DNA of 64,000 nucleotides. Origin: an uncultured Bacilli bacterium. Lineage in GTDB: Bacteria > Bacillota_I > Bacilli_A > RF39 > UBA660. Made by a program: the position numbers and the translations under genes. Positions 9,966 through 20,038 of this stretch are shown piece by piece; the stretch's first letter is position 1, and each line of letters starts with the position of its first letter. The notes below the pieces were generated by a model, which was given only the letters and a program-made list of their open reading frames with translations, did no database searches and had not been told where the DNA came from. The stretch lies in the NCBI GenBank assembly GCA_934090735.1, contig CAKOJR010000001.1, forward strand, positions 4,682 to 68,681, in the 5' to 3' direction.

Positions 9966-10682
9966 TCAATTAGTTATTCTTTGATTTTCTTTAAGATAGA
10001 TAAATAAACCAGCAATAATAAATGGTATACTTACGATTTGATTTATTGTAAGTATCTTGCTTGTGTGATTCATTCTTAAATAGTCTAAAAGAAATTTGGC
10101 AAGGGCGCATAGAAATAGGGAAATTCCTATAATATTTTTATTTTCTTTTTTCTTTTTAGATATGTATAAGTATATTAGTATAAATATTATTGATTCAGTT
10201 ATTTGAACAGGGAATAAGCTAATATTATTTGGTGCACTTAAAGAGTATTTATAAGTAATACTTAATGGACCATTATATTTTATTCCATAACAGCAACCGG
10301 CTAGAAAACAGCCAATTTTGCTTATTCCATACATTAAAGGGATAGCTGGTAATATATTATTAATTAATTCTTTGAAGTTTTTCTTATATTGTTTAGCAAA
10401 AATTATTAAAAGTATTATTATACTGATTGCAGCACCATATGATGATAAACCAATTTTATTAAAGTCTATATTATCTTTATACTTGTTAAAGTTTGTAAGT
10501 AGAGTAAAGTATTTTGCTCCAAATAAGGTTCCTAGAAGAATATATAAAATCAAGCCATAATTTTCTTCTTTTTTGTAATTTAGTGTTTTAATATTTTTAT
10601 AGATTATGTATAAGCCAGATAATATACCAATAACTACGAATAGTCCATAAAGAGGTATTTTTGTATTTATCATGTTAGCCAA
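9966..10682 (-). CDS. Polytopic membrane protein, possibly prolipoprotein diacylglyceryl transferase (Lgt) family
   Basis: Seven or more hydrophobic segments. GCFLAGCCYG motif is reminiscent of the Lgt-family signature region. Family assignment is tentative. Confidence 0.45.
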   Translation of the reverse strand: MANMINTKIPLYGLFVVIGILSGLYIIYKNIKTLNYKKEENYGLILYILLGTLFGAKYFTLLTNFNKYKDNIDFNKIGLSSYGAAISIIILLIIFAKQYKKNFKELINNILPAIPLMYGISKIGCFLAGCCYGIKYNGPLSITYKYSLSAPNNISLFPVQITESIIFILIYLYISKKKKENKNIIGISLFLCALAKFLLDYLRMNHTSKILTINQIVSIPFIIAGLFIYLKENQRITN

Positions 10683-11094
10683 AATTCTTTCCTAATGATG
10701 AGCAAGCGACAACTATAAAGATAATTGCTAATATTTTTAATATTAAAGAGATAATAAATATGATGAATAGAACTTTTATTGTTTTATTTGTAGTTGTTAT
10801 TTTGGCATAAATTAATAGTATTTTTGAACATAAGGAAAAAGGGTAACTTAACATAGTTAGAATGTATAGAGGTTTAAATATAAGCCCAATGTTTTTGGTA
10901 ATAATTGATAGAACGTATAAGATAATTATCGTTAGAATGTATTTTTCTTCTTTAGCAGTTTGTTCTGGTGTTGTTTCTGTTTTTGGTGCTTCAGTGATTC
11001 TTGTTTCAAATACTTCGGTTTTACAATTTGGGCATTCTTTAATATTATTTTCTAATTTTATTCCACAGTTTCGGCAGTAGTTATTCATTTTCAT
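10675..11094 (-). CDS. Zinc-ribbon domain membrane protein
   Basis: N-terminal CRNCG...CPNC zinc ribbon followed by TM helices; tandem paralog of the upstream gene. Confidence 0.5.
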   Translation of the reverse strand: MKMNNYCRNCGIKLENNIKECPNCKTEVFETRITEAPKTETTPEQTAKEEKYILTIIILYVLSIITKNIGLIFKPLYILTMLSYPFSLCSKILLIYAKITTTNKTIKVLFIIFIISLILKILAIIFIVVACSSLGKNFG

Positions 11095-11620
11095 TCCTTT
11101 CTAGTTCGGGATTATCTTTTCCGTAAATGTTTTTACCTCTGACAACGTAAGTTTCATTATTTTTCTTTACAACTGTTAAGATAAATTCTTCGGTATCATT
11201 AGTTATTTTAAAATAATACGAAGTACATTCTGATTCATCTAAATATTCGTATTGTTTGCACACTCCACCATCACAACCGAATACTGGATCAAAATAGCAA
11301 TCACCATAAGTTATACATTTACCTGATTCTTTATATTTCACTTTGTTATTTTGGTTTGGATAGTGCTCTTGTAAATACGGAATAATATATTCCTTTTTTA
11401 GGTTATTTATATAAATTTCTTTTTTTATTAATGGAATAAGAATGCTTATAGTAATGATAATTGCAAGTATTATTAATATAGTTAATATAATTTTTCTTTT
11501 TTTCTTTTTTTCTGGTGATACGTATCCATCTGGTAATTTTATTATTGGAGTAGCACAATTTTGACAGAAGAATTCGTTATTAGTTAATTTTTTACCACAA
11601 TTGGTACAATAATTATTCAT
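11081..11620 (-). CDS. Zinc-ribbon domain membrane protein
   Basis: N-terminal CTNCG...CQNC zinc ribbon, single TM, Cys-rich extracellular part. Confidence 0.5.
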   Translation of the reverse strand: MNNYCTNCGKKLTNNEFFCQNCATPIIKLPDGYVSPEKKKKRKIILTILIILAIIITISILIPLIKKEIYINNLKKEYIIPYLQEHYPNQNNKVKYKESGKCITYGDCYFDPVFGCDGGVCKQYEYLDESECTSYYFKITNDTEEFILTVVKKNNETYVVRGKNIYGKDNPELERNENE

Positions 11621-11732
11621 GGTAACACTTCCTTATGATAATTTTACTATGGATGATTATTATTTGCAATTATGAGTTAAATAATTGAAATGGTATTTGT
11701 TGTGTGTTAAAATTAATTTATGATAGTTAGGG

Positions 11733-14138
11733 TTGATTAAAGTGAAAGACTATTTTGAATTTAAAAATTATGATGATGCGATAAGTTTAGATGCTGCTAT
11801 TGTAAGAGGAAGTAATTTTAGGATAACTGTCTTGTCTGATGTTTTAGTGCGTATTGAGTTTAGTCCTGAAGGTAAGTTTGAAGATAGACCGACTGAACTT
11901 GTTAAATTTAGAAAATTTGATGTTCCTAAATTTTTGAAAAAGGAAGACGAAAATTTCTTAGTTATTACGACTAATTATTTTAAACTTGAGTATCAAAAAG
12001 GAAAACCTTTATATGGAACTAAAATGAATCCTAGTGTTAATTTTAAAATAAGTTTAAATAATACAGATAAGGTTTGGTTTTTTGGAGCAGCTGAGGCAAG
12101 AAATTTTAAGGGAACAAGTTATAGTTTTGATAATGGCAATCTTAGTTTTGGAAAAGGTCTTTATTCAACTGATGGTTTTGTTTCTTTAGATGATAGTAAA
12201 AGTCTTATCTTTAATAAAGATGGATCACTTGGTAAGAGAAGTGATGAAAGAATAGATACTTATGTATTTATGTATCGTAAGGATTTTGGGTATTGTTTAA
12301 GAGATTATTTTAAACTTACATTAAAGCCTAGTTTACTTCCTAGATATGCTTTAGGTGTATGGTGGAATAAAGATGTTACATATGATTATAAGATGATTGA
12401 AGATTTAGTATGGGCATTTAAGAAAAATGAGATACCTTTATCTGTGTTTTTACTTGGCCCAGAGTGGCATATGACTTATGAAAATACCTATACTGGTTAT
12501 ACTTTTGATTATAATTTAATACCTAATCCTAAGGAACTTGCAGATTATTTACATAGTAATAATATAAGACTTGGAGTAAATATTGATCCTTCTGGTGGTA
12601 TTAGTCCTGATGAGATAGCTTATACAAGATTTAAACAGATATCTGGATATACTAATGAAGGAGTTATTCCATTTAATGTATTTAATAAACAAATGTTAAC
12701 AGCGTATTTTGATGAATTTATTAAACCTCTTAATGAAATTGGTGTAGATTTTTATTGGATAGATTATAATAATAAAGATGATCTTTATACGTTAAGAGCA
12801 CTTAATTATTATCATTTTAATAATTATAAATCTGGTAAAAAGAGAAGAGGAATGATACTATCTAGAAATGGAATGCTTGCTTCTCATTTGATGCCTGTTT
12901 TATATAGTGGTAAAACTGTTGTGTCTTGGGATAGTTTAAAGACACTTCCTGAGTATAATTCTAGAGCTGCTAATATTGGACTTTCTTGGTGGAGTCATGA
13001 TATAGGTGGATTTAGTGGAGGAGTAGAAGATCCAGAACTTTATATGAGATATGTACAGTTTGGAACATATAGCCCGATACTTCGTTTTAGTAGTGATGCT
13101 TCACATTTTTATAAGAGAGAGCCATGGCTTTGGGATGTTAAAACATTTAGTGTTGTTAAAGAGTATTTGAAGTTAAGACACAGACTTATTCCATATATTT
13201 ATACAGAGGCTTATAAGTATTCAAAGACAGGGCTTCCTTTAGTACAACCACTTTATTATAGATATCCGGAAATTTATGATGAACCAACATATAGAAATGA
13301 ATATTATTTTGGGACAGAGTTATTTATAGCACCAATTACAACTAAAAGGGATCTTTTGATGAATCGTACTATTCATAGAATATTTTTACCTAATGGTGTG
13401 TGGTATGATTTTAAGACTGGTAAGAAGTTTATTGGTGGTAAGAGGTATGTATCTTTCTTTAAGGATGAGGATTATCCTGTGTTTGCTAAGCAAGGAACTA
13501 TTATTCCAATGAGTTTTTTATCTAATGAAGATTTAAATAATACAGAGGTTCCAAGTAAACTAGAGGTACATGTATTTCCTGGAGCTAGTAATGTTTATAA
13601 GTTATATGAGGATGATGGAATAAGTACGGCTTATGAAGATGGCTTTTATTTGGTAACTGATATTGATTATAATTATCAAGCAAATAATTTTACGGTTATT
13701 ATTAGACCTACTGAAGGTAAAAGCGGAATAGTGCCATTAAAGAGGGATTATTTAGTTCGTTTTAGAAATACGAGAAAAGCTAGTGATATTGATGTATTTA
13801 TTGCTGATGCAACGTATGATAATTATGATAGTTATGTTGATGGTAATGATTTTGTAGTACTCGTTAAGGATGTATCAACTGCTAAACAGCTTACAATCAA
13901 TTGTAGGGGTAAAGATATTGAAATTGATGCAGAGAGAATTATTAATGATGATATTGATAGTATTTTAAGTGATTTACAGATTAAGACTAGCTTGAAAGAG
14001 AATATTGCTGCTATCTTATTTAGTGATTTAGAAATAAAGAATAAGAGAATCGAAGTTAGAAAATTAAGAGCTAAAGGATTAAATGGAAAATATATAAGAA
14101 TGTTCTTAAAACTACTTGAATATATTGCAGAAATTTAA
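11733..14138 (+). CDS. Glycoside hydrolase family 31 (alpha-glucosidase/alpha-xylosidase-like)
   Basis: YWIDYNN catalytic-nucleophile region and SWWSHDIGGF motif typical of GH31; 801 aa. Start (TTG 11733 or GTG 11742) uncertain. Confidence 0.75.
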   Translation: MIKVKDYFEFKNYDDAISLDAAIVRGSNFRITVLSDVLVRIEFSPEGKFEDRPTELVKFRKFDVPKFLKKEDENFLVITTNYFKLEYQKGKPLYGTKMNPSVNFKISLNNTDKVWFFGAAEARNFKGTSYSFDNGNLSFGKGLYSTDGFVSLDDSKSLIFNKDGSLGKRSDERIDTYVFMYRKDFGYCLRDYFKLTLKPSLLPRYALGVWWNKDVTYDYKMIEDLVWAFKKNEIPLSVFLLGPEWHMTYENTYTGYTFDYNLIPNPKELADYLHSNNIRLGVNIDPSGGISPDEIAYTRFKQISGYTNEGVIPFNVFNKQMLTAYFDEFIKPLNEIGVDFYWIDYNNKDDLYTLRALNYYHFNNYKSGKKRRGMILSRNGMLASHLMPVLYSGKTVVSWDSLKTLPEYNSRAANIGLSWWSHDIGGFSGGVEDPELYMRYVQFGTYSPILRFSSDASHFYKREPWLWDVKTFSVVKEYLKLRHRLIPYIYTEAYKYSKTGLPLVQPLYYRYPEIYDEPTYRNEYYFGTELFIAPITTKRDLLMNRTIHRIFLPNGVWYDFKTGKKFIGGKRYVSFFKDEDYPVFAKQGTIIPMSFLSNEDLNNTEVPSKLEVHVFPGASNVYKLYEDDGISTAYEDGFYLVTDIDYNYQANNFTVIIRPTEGKSGIVPLKRDYLVRFRNTRKASDIDVFIADATYDNYDSYVDGNDFVVLVKDVSTAKQLTINCRGKDIEIDAERIINDDIDSILSDLQIKTSLKENIAAILFSDLEIKNKRIEVRKLRAKGLNGKYIRMFLKLLEYIAEI

Positions 14139-14149
14139 TATAATACACT

Positions 14150-14340
14150 TTAAGCAGATGAAGAAAGAGTATTAGTAAATTATTTATTTATAGAGAGTTA
14201 ATGGTTGGTGAGAGTTAATAGTAAAAATTTATGAACTTGCTTTTGGATGTGTTAGGTGAAGGCCTTTAAGACTTTTGAGTAATAATTAAGGTGGTACCAC
14301 GGTCTTTCGTCCTTTGGATGATGGCCGTTTTTTTATGGAG
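14150..14340 (+). promoter_or_regulatory. T-box riboswitch leader (Leu specifier) upstream of leuS operon
   Basis: AGAGAG box, CUU-containing loop (aaCTTgc), T-box AATTAAGGTGGTACCACGG at 14286-14304, TCGTCCTTT, terminator hairpin and T7 ending about 14337. Confidence 0.75.
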
Positions 14341-14344
14341 GAGT

Positions 14345-14701
14345 ATGGATAATTTAATAGTGTTTGTTGTTAGTTTTGTGATTGTCTTTATAACTTATTT
14401 TATTATTTATTTAATTAAATATAAGAAGGGAACAATTAAGGAAACTAAGGAAGTTAAGTTTTTATGTTATAAGTATAGAGTTAAAATTAAAGATATGAAT
14501 TTTAAACGGTTATGGTTTGTGTTTGCACTTCTTAATGCATTTATAATAAGCGTGAGTGGGACAGTATGTACAAGTTTAAAGATTGGTTATGTGTGGCAGG
14601 TGCTTACAGGATTTGGACTTTTATTTATAATGATATTTTTAGTGTATGGAGCACTAGGTAAGATTTTAGTAAGAAAAGAGAAGAAAGGTGATAGAAAATG
14701 A
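14345..14701 (+). CDS. Small hydrophobic membrane protein (about 118 aa) between the leuS T-box and leuS
   Basis: ORF with 2-3 predicted TM helices; GGAGGA just upstream of ATG 14345 (short spacing); stop overlaps leuS start (ATGA). The ORF-track start at 14291 lies inside the T-box and is rejected. Confidence 0.4.
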   Translation: MDNLIVFVVSFVIVFITYFIIYLIKYKKGTIKETKEVKFLCYKYRVKIKDMNFKRLWFVFALLNAFIISVSGTVCTSLKIGYVWQVLTGFGLLFIMIFLVYGALGKILVRKEKKGDRK

Positions 14702-17097
14702 TTAATACAAGAATTATTGAAAAGAAATGGCAAAAGAGATGGGAAGAAGAAGGGGTATTTACTGCTAAGAATAATAGTGATAAGGAAAAGTATTATATTT
14801 TAGTTGAGTTTCCATATCCATCAGGAGCTGGACTTCATGTAGGACATGTTAGAAGTTACACAGCGCTTGATGCAATGGCTAGACTTAAAAGAGCTCAAGG
14901 ATACAATGTTCTTTATCCAATAGGATGGGATGCATTTGGAGCTCCAGCAGAGCAGTATGCAATAAAAAATCATGTATATCCAAGTAAGATGGTTAGTGAG
15001 TGTATAGATAATTTTAAGCATCAAATTAAATCACTTGGTATATCATTTGATTGGAGTAGAGAGATTAATACAAGTAGTCCAGAGTATTATAAGTGGACTC
15101 AGTGGCAGTTTTTACAGTTTTATAAGGCAGGTTTAGCATATAAAGCTGAGAAGGATATTAATTGGTGTCCTAATTGTAAGATGGGATTATCTAATGAAGA
15201 TGCTGCTGGCGGTGTATGTGAAAGATGTGGCTCTAAGGTTGAGAAGAAGCTTAAAAATCAGTGGATGCTTAAGATGACAGCTTATGCTGATAGTTTAATT
15301 GAGGGACTAAAAGATACTGACTTTATGGAAAAGATTAAGACAGCACAGATTAACTGGATTGGTAAGAGCGTTGGTGCTGAGGTTGATTTTAAACTTAATG
15401 GTGCAGAAGACGTGCTTAAGGTATTTACAACAAGATGTGATACTTTATATGGTGTAACGTTTATGGTAATGAGTCCAGAACATCCATTTTTAGAAAAGTA
15501 TAAAGATAGAATTAAAAATATAAATGAGTTAAAGGCTTATCAAGAAGCTGCTAAAGTTAAAAGTGAAATTGAAAGAACTGATGAAAGTAAGGAGAAGACT
15601 GGTATTAAGTTAGATGGACTTGAAGCAGTTAATCCAGTAAGTGGTGAGATTATTCCAATATATGTTTCTGATTATGTTTTAGCTGGATATGGTACAGGTG
15701 CTATAATGGCAGTTCCAGCACATGATACTAGAGATTATGCTTTTGCGAAGAAGTTTGGTATTAAGATTATTCCGGTTATTGAAGGCGGAGATATTTCTAA
15801 AGAAGCTTATACTGGTGATGGGGTTCATATTAATTCTGGCGTTTTAGATGGACTTGGTAAGGAAGATGCAATCAATACTTGCCTTAAATATTTAGAAGAT
15901 AATCGTATTGGTAAGAAGACTACTAATTATAGATTACAAGACTGGATTTTCTCTAGACAGAGATTCTGGGGTGAGCCGATTCCAATGATTTATTGTGAAG
16001 ATTGTGGATGGGTTCCTGTTCCAGAAGAAGAACTTCCTTTAGTACTACCAGACGTTAAGAGTTATGAACCAACTGATAATGGAGAAAGTCCACTAAGTAC
16101 ACTTGATGAATGGGTAAATGTTCCTTGTCCACACTGCGGTAAGATGGCGAAGAGAGAGACTGATACAATGCCTAACTGGGCCGGATCATCTTGGTACTGG
16201 ATTAGATATATGGATCCAAATAATGATAAAGAGTTTGCTAGCCGTGAAGCGATGGATTACTGGGGACAAGTTGATTATTATAATGGTGGTATGGAACATG
16301 CTACAAGACATTTGCTTTATGCAAGATTCTGGAATCAGTTCTTGTATGATCAAGGTTTGGTAAGTGTTAGAGAACCATTTAAGAAAAGAGTAGCTCATGG
16401 TATGATTTTGGGTGAAAACAATGAAAAGATGAGTAAGAGTAAAGGTAATGTAGTTAATCCAGATGATATGGTTGCTAATTATGGTGCCGATGCTCTTAGA
16501 ACTTATGAAATGTTTATTGGAGATTATCCTAAAGATGCTGCTTGGAGTGAAAATGGTCTTAAAGGATGCAGAAAGTTCTTAGAAAGAGTAGATAGAATTA
16601 AGGCTAAACTTATCAGTGGTGAAGAATATTCTAAGAATTTAGAAAGTTTAATGCATAAGACTATTAAGAAAGTTACTAATGATTTACTTAGCATGAAGTA
16701 TAATACAGCAGTAAGTGCTTTAATGATTTTACTTAATGCTATGGAAAAAGAGGAGTCTATTACTCATAAGGATTACAGAACGCTACTAGCACTACTTAAT
16801 CCAATTGCTCCTCACATTACAGAAGAACTTAATGAGGAATGTAAGCTTGGAGAAGAACTTGCAGTAAGCTCTTGGCCAGAATATGATGAAAGTAAAACAA
16901 CTGATTCTGAGTTTGAGATAGGCGTTCAAGTTAATGGAAAACTTAGAGGAAGCGTATTAATTAGTGAAGATGATTCTGAAGAAGAAATAAAGACGAAAGC
17001 ACTTAATAATGAAAATGTTAAAAAGTATACAGATGGCCTTAATATAGTTAAAGTTATTGTAGTACCAAAGAGAATTGTTAGTGTTATAGTTAAATAG
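14698..17097 (+). CDS. leuS: Leucine--tRNA ligase
   Basis: HVGH (HIGH) motif, KMSKSKGN, CP1 editing domain, IEKKWQKRWEEEG N-terminus; 799 aa. Confidence 0.95.
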   Translation: MINTRIIEKKWQKRWEEEGVFTAKNNSDKEKYYILVEFPYPSGAGLHVGHVRSYTALDAMARLKRAQGYNVLYPIGWDAFGAPAEQYAIKNHVYPSKMVSECIDNFKHQIKSLGISFDWSREINTSSPEYYKWTQWQFLQFYKAGLAYKAEKDINWCPNCKMGLSNEDAAGGVCERCGSKVEKKLKNQWMLKMTAYADSLIEGLKDTDFMEKIKTAQINWIGKSVGAEVDFKLNGAEDVLKVFTTRCDTLYGVTFMVMSPEHPFLEKYKDRIKNINELKAYQEAAKVKSEIERTDESKEKTGIKLDGLEAVNPVSGEIIPIYVSDYVLAGYGTGAIMAVPAHDTRDYAFAKKFGIKIIPVIEGGDISKEAYTGDGVHINSGVLDGLGKEDAINTCLKYLEDNRIGKKTTNYRLQDWIFSRQRFWGEPIPMIYCEDCGWVPVPEEELPLVLPDVKSYEPTDNGESPLSTLDEWVNVPCPHCGKMAKRETDTMPNWAGSSWYWIRYMDPNNDKEFASREAMDYWGQVDYYNGGMEHATRHLLYARFWNQFLYDQGLVSVREPFKKRVAHGMILGENNEKMSKSKGNVVNPDDMVANYGADALRTYEMFIGDYPKDAAWSENGLKGCRKFLERVDRIKAKLISGEEYSKNLESLMHKTIKKVTNDLLSMKYNTAVSALMILLNAMEKEESITHKDYRTLLALLNPIAPHITEELNEECKLGEELAVSSWPEYDESKTTDSEFEIGVQVNGKLRGSVLISEDDSEEEIKTKALNNENVKKYTDGLNIVKVIVVPKRIVSVIVK

Positions 17098-17128
17098 AAC
17101 TTGGATGAAATATTTCCAAGTTTTTATA
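17098..17128 (+). terminator. Rho-independent terminator after leuS
   Basis: aacttgga/tccaagtt hairpin followed by T5. Confidence 0.6.
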
Positions 17129-17180
17129 TGGACTAAATAAAATTATTATTATATAATGTTATCATAAGGAAGGTATAGAT

Positions 17181-18869
17181 ATGAAGAAAATAATTAGTTT
17201 AATTATTGTATGCACGATAATTATTTCTGGAATGTTTATATATAGAAATGATAATAAAAAGACTTTTACTGATGATAATAGTGCTGAACCAATAATAGCA
17301 GCATTTATTGACGGAGAAGAAAGTACTACATTTCCAACAAATAGTAAATATGTAGCATCTGTTGAATGTACTAAAAATGGTGTTAAGCAAAATGTGGGAG
17401 CTAAAGCTACTTGGAATGGCACTAAATGGGTAGTATCTATTGATGATATAAGTGCTGGAAATGTTAGATGTAGTGCAAACTTTGTAACACCTACTTTAAC
17501 TAATTTGATTTTAGCTGATAATGAAGTTAAGGCACCACTTACTACTCCTGGTCGTGATGTTGCTGCTTATACGTTAGATGATGCTCAAACACATGTGGCA
17601 AGTGTTTCTACTGATGAACAAAATTATTATATTACTTATGCATCATCTTGGACTGTTGGAGATGTTAGGATGGGATTTGATCATACATTTGAATTGGTGA
17701 ATCCTGCCGTTACATATGATACATATGCAAATTCATATTCTAGTTTAGTTGGTAAATATTTACCTTATAGTACTATTAGTTGTAATAATTTAAGTTGTTC
17801 TGGCCAAAAAACAGCTGGAACTAAAAGTAAAACTACGGGATTACAAAGCGTAATATATATTGTAAGCGCTACTTCTGATAGTTTTACATATAAACGTATT
17901 TCATCTACTAAGAATATGTCAGAATCTTTACTTGCAAGTACGGAAGATGATTATGGTACTTCATATTATTATAGAGGAAATGTTAAAGATAATTACGTAC
18001 AATTTGCAAATAAATGCTGGCGAATAGTAAGAATAACAGGCGATGGTTCAGTCAAATTAGTGCTTCATAATGATAATGTTTCTGATGCTACAAACCCTTG
18101 TTCATCTGTTAATAATAATGATACTGCAGCCTTTGCACATTATGATGGTACTTCTTATATTAGTCTTTTTAATTCTAATTATAATGATAATACATATATG
18201 GGATTTATGTATGGTGCAACAGGTGCAAGTGATTATACAAGTACGCATGCAAATACAAATAAAAGCGTAGTACTTACAAATTTAGAAACATGGTATAATA
18301 ATAATTTAGCACCATATGAAAGTAAACTTGCAGATACAATATGGTGTAATGATAAAAAAACATTTAAAACGTATACACAAAAAGGTACGACAACTTATGG
18401 TACTGGATTTGGTTATGGGACTAATGTGACAGGCTATGGTGCATATGACAGAATTTATGGTAGTGATACTCATTCATATGCCAAACCGAGTTTAGTATGC
18501 CCTGATGATAATGATGGTGGAAAGTTATCTAAGTTTACTGTTAATGATACAATTAATGGCAATGGTAAGCTTACATATAAAATTGGGTTGTTAACTGCGG
18601 ATGAAGTTGCTTTTGCTGGGGCTATGTATTCTACAAAAGATAGTTTATTTTATTTAGGTGAAAACGTTGGCGATACAGCATGGTGGACAATGTCACCAGC
18701 GGATTTTACTAGTAATCAAGCATTTATTTTTGAGGTTAAAAAAAATAGTTTGGGTACAGCATTTTCAGCTTATGGGAGTGCAGCGTTGCGACCTGCTATA
18801 TCACTCGTATCTGGTATTGAAGTTACTAGTGGAACAGGTACTAGTGAAGATCCTTATGTTGTAAATTAG
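17181..18869 (+). CDS. Membrane-anchored surface protein, paralog B of the family. Different N-terminal domain, same core and C-terminal module
   Basis: AAGGAAGG SD; N-terminal TM; shares EVKAPLTTPG, LLASTEDDYGTSYYYRGNVKDNYVQFANKCWRIVRITGDGSVKLVLHNDN, GLLTADEVAFAG, WWTMSP and RPAISLVSG..GTSEDPYVVN with paralogs A and C. Confidence 0.7.
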   Translation: MKKIISLIIVCTIIISGMFIYRNDNKKTFTDDNSAEPIIAAFIDGEESTTFPTNSKYVASVECTKNGVKQNVGAKATWNGTKWVVSIDDISAGNVRCSANFVTPTLTNLILADNEVKAPLTTPGRDVAAYTLDDAQTHVASVSTDEQNYYITYASSWTVGDVRMGFDHTFELVNPAVTYDTYANSYSSLVGKYLPYSTISCNNLSCSGQKTAGTKSKTTGLQSVIYIVSATSDSFTYKRISSTKNMSESLLASTEDDYGTSYYYRGNVKDNYVQFANKCWRIVRITGDGSVKLVLHNDNVSDATNPCSSVNNNDTAAFAHYDGTSYISLFNSNYNDNTYMGFMYGATGASDYTSTHANTNKSVVLTNLETWYNNNLAPYESKLADTIWCNDKKTFKTYTQKGTTTYGTGFGYGTNVTGYGAYDRIYGSDTHSYAKPSLVCPDDNDGGKLSKFTVNDTINGNGKLTYKIGLLTADEVAFAGAMYSTKDSLFYLGENVGDTAWWTMSPADFTSNQAFIFEVKKNSLGTAFSAYGSAALRPAISLVSGIEVTSGTGTSEDPYVVN

Positions 18870-18916
18870 ATGTTTATGTAGTAAAATGGTATTAGAAAGT
18901 AGAAAGAGGTTGTTTT

Positions 18917-19900
18917 ATGAGTCAGTATGAAGCTTATGAAAGTGCAAGTACGTTAGCTAATACAACGTTAGCAGTTGGTGGAGCATTTGCAATTATTTAT
19001 TTAGTTGTTATGTTAATAAGTTTTGTTTTAACGATAATAACTTTAGTTGCGTTAGCTAAAATTTATAAGAAGTTAGGATTACATTGGTGGGCTGTTTTAG
19101 TTCCATTTTATGGACCTTGGGTTTTCTTTAAGGCGATGGATTTACCAGGATGGCTTTCTATACTTCCAGTAGCTAATATTCTTGCTCTTATTGTTGTTAA
19201 TTATAGGTTAGCTGGTAAGTTTGGAAAAGGTGCAGGTTTTGGATTAGGTCTAGTTTTTTTAACATCAATTTTTTATATGATTTTAGGATTTGGTGATGCT
19301 ACTGTAGTTGGTAGTGATAATGCTGGTGATGTACAGTTTGATTTAATGGCAAATGATCCTAATGAGGGCGGAGAACTTAATTTAATGACTCCTGATCCTA
19401 TTGGTGATATTCCTAGTGAGCCTGAAGAAGTTAAGGGTTTTGATTTAGAGGAGAAACCTAGTTTAGCAGAGCAAATTACTGCAGAACCAGTTAAGATTGA
19501 AACTTTAGATAGCACTCCTGAAGTGTTAGATATTCCTGTAGCAAGTGATACTAGCGTGGGAGATAATATATTTGCTAGTGAAGAGGTAAGTGCTGGCTCA
19601 GCTCCAATTAATGAACCAAGTTATAATGATAATATATTTGAAATGCCTGCTTTTAAGAGCGATGTAGCTGAAGAAAAGAAACCTGAAGAGATATTTAATA
19701 GTCCACAGTTTGAAAATACTATATCAATTGATAAAATAAGTAATCCTGAAATGCCAACTTCTGAAGTTGAGATGCCTAAGGTAAGCAGTGATGCTATAGC
19801 AGAAGAATTTATTAACAATAATAAGATTTGTCCTAATTGTGGTTATAGTAATGGTAGCTCTATTAAAGCTTGTGTTAAATGTGGACATTTATTAGATTAA
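18917..19900 (+). CDS. DUF5684-like membrane protein with acidic linker and C-terminal zinc ribbon
   Basis: IYKKLGLHWWAVLVPFYGPW...GFGLGLVFL...ILGFGDA resembles DUF5684; CPNCG...CVKCGH at C-terminus. Confidence 0.5.
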   Translation: MSQYEAYESASTLANTTLAVGGAFAIIYLVVMLISFVLTIITLVALAKIYKKLGLHWWAVLVPFYGPWVFFKAMDLPGWLSILPVANILALIVVNYRLAGKFGKGAGFGLGLVFLTSIFYMILGFGDATVVGSDNAGDVQFDLMANDPNEGGELNLMTPDPIGDIPSEPEEVKGFDLEEKPSLAEQITAEPVKIETLDSTPEVLDIPVASDTSVGDNIFASEEVSAGSAPINEPSYNDNIFEMPAFKSDVAEEKKPEEIFNSPQFENTISIDKISNPEMPTSEVEMPKVSSDAIAEEFINNNKICPNCGYSNGSSIKACVKCGHLLD

Positions 19901-19925
19901 CTTCCTTTGTGGAAGTTTTTTTATT
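19899..19925 (+). terminator. Rho-independent terminator
   Basis: aacttcc/ggaagtt hairpin followed by T7. Confidence 0.6.
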
Positions 19926-20038
19926 AAAAAAATAGTAGTGTGAAATTTTTGACGCTAAAATTAATAAAATATTTTTTCTCTAGTTATGATTGTATTTACT
20001 AAAGGTGCTAAAAATTATATAATTGTGATGGTGGTAAC

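Noticed and set aside
14291-14344. Upstream extension of the small ORF into the leuS T-box
   Set aside because: The GTG at 14291 lies within the conserved T-box sequence and terminator hairpin; translation initiation there is implausible.
16118-16398. Two short ORFs (+ and -) inside leuS
   Set aside because: Alternative-frame or antisense ORFs nested in a conserved aaRS gene.
17162-17422. Minus-strand ORFs overlapping the start of paralog B
   Set aside because: Antisense to a gene with strong SD and conserved product.
18070-18270. 66-aa alternative-frame ORF in paralog B; similar 52790-52999 in paralog C
   Set aside because: Both arise in the same homologous AT-rich stretch of the paralogs in an alternate frame (Met/Ile/Leu-rich); no independent support.
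19273-19818. Two minus-strand ORFs inside the DUF5684 gene
   Set aside because: Antisense to the Ser/Gly-rich acidic linker region; low-complexity.
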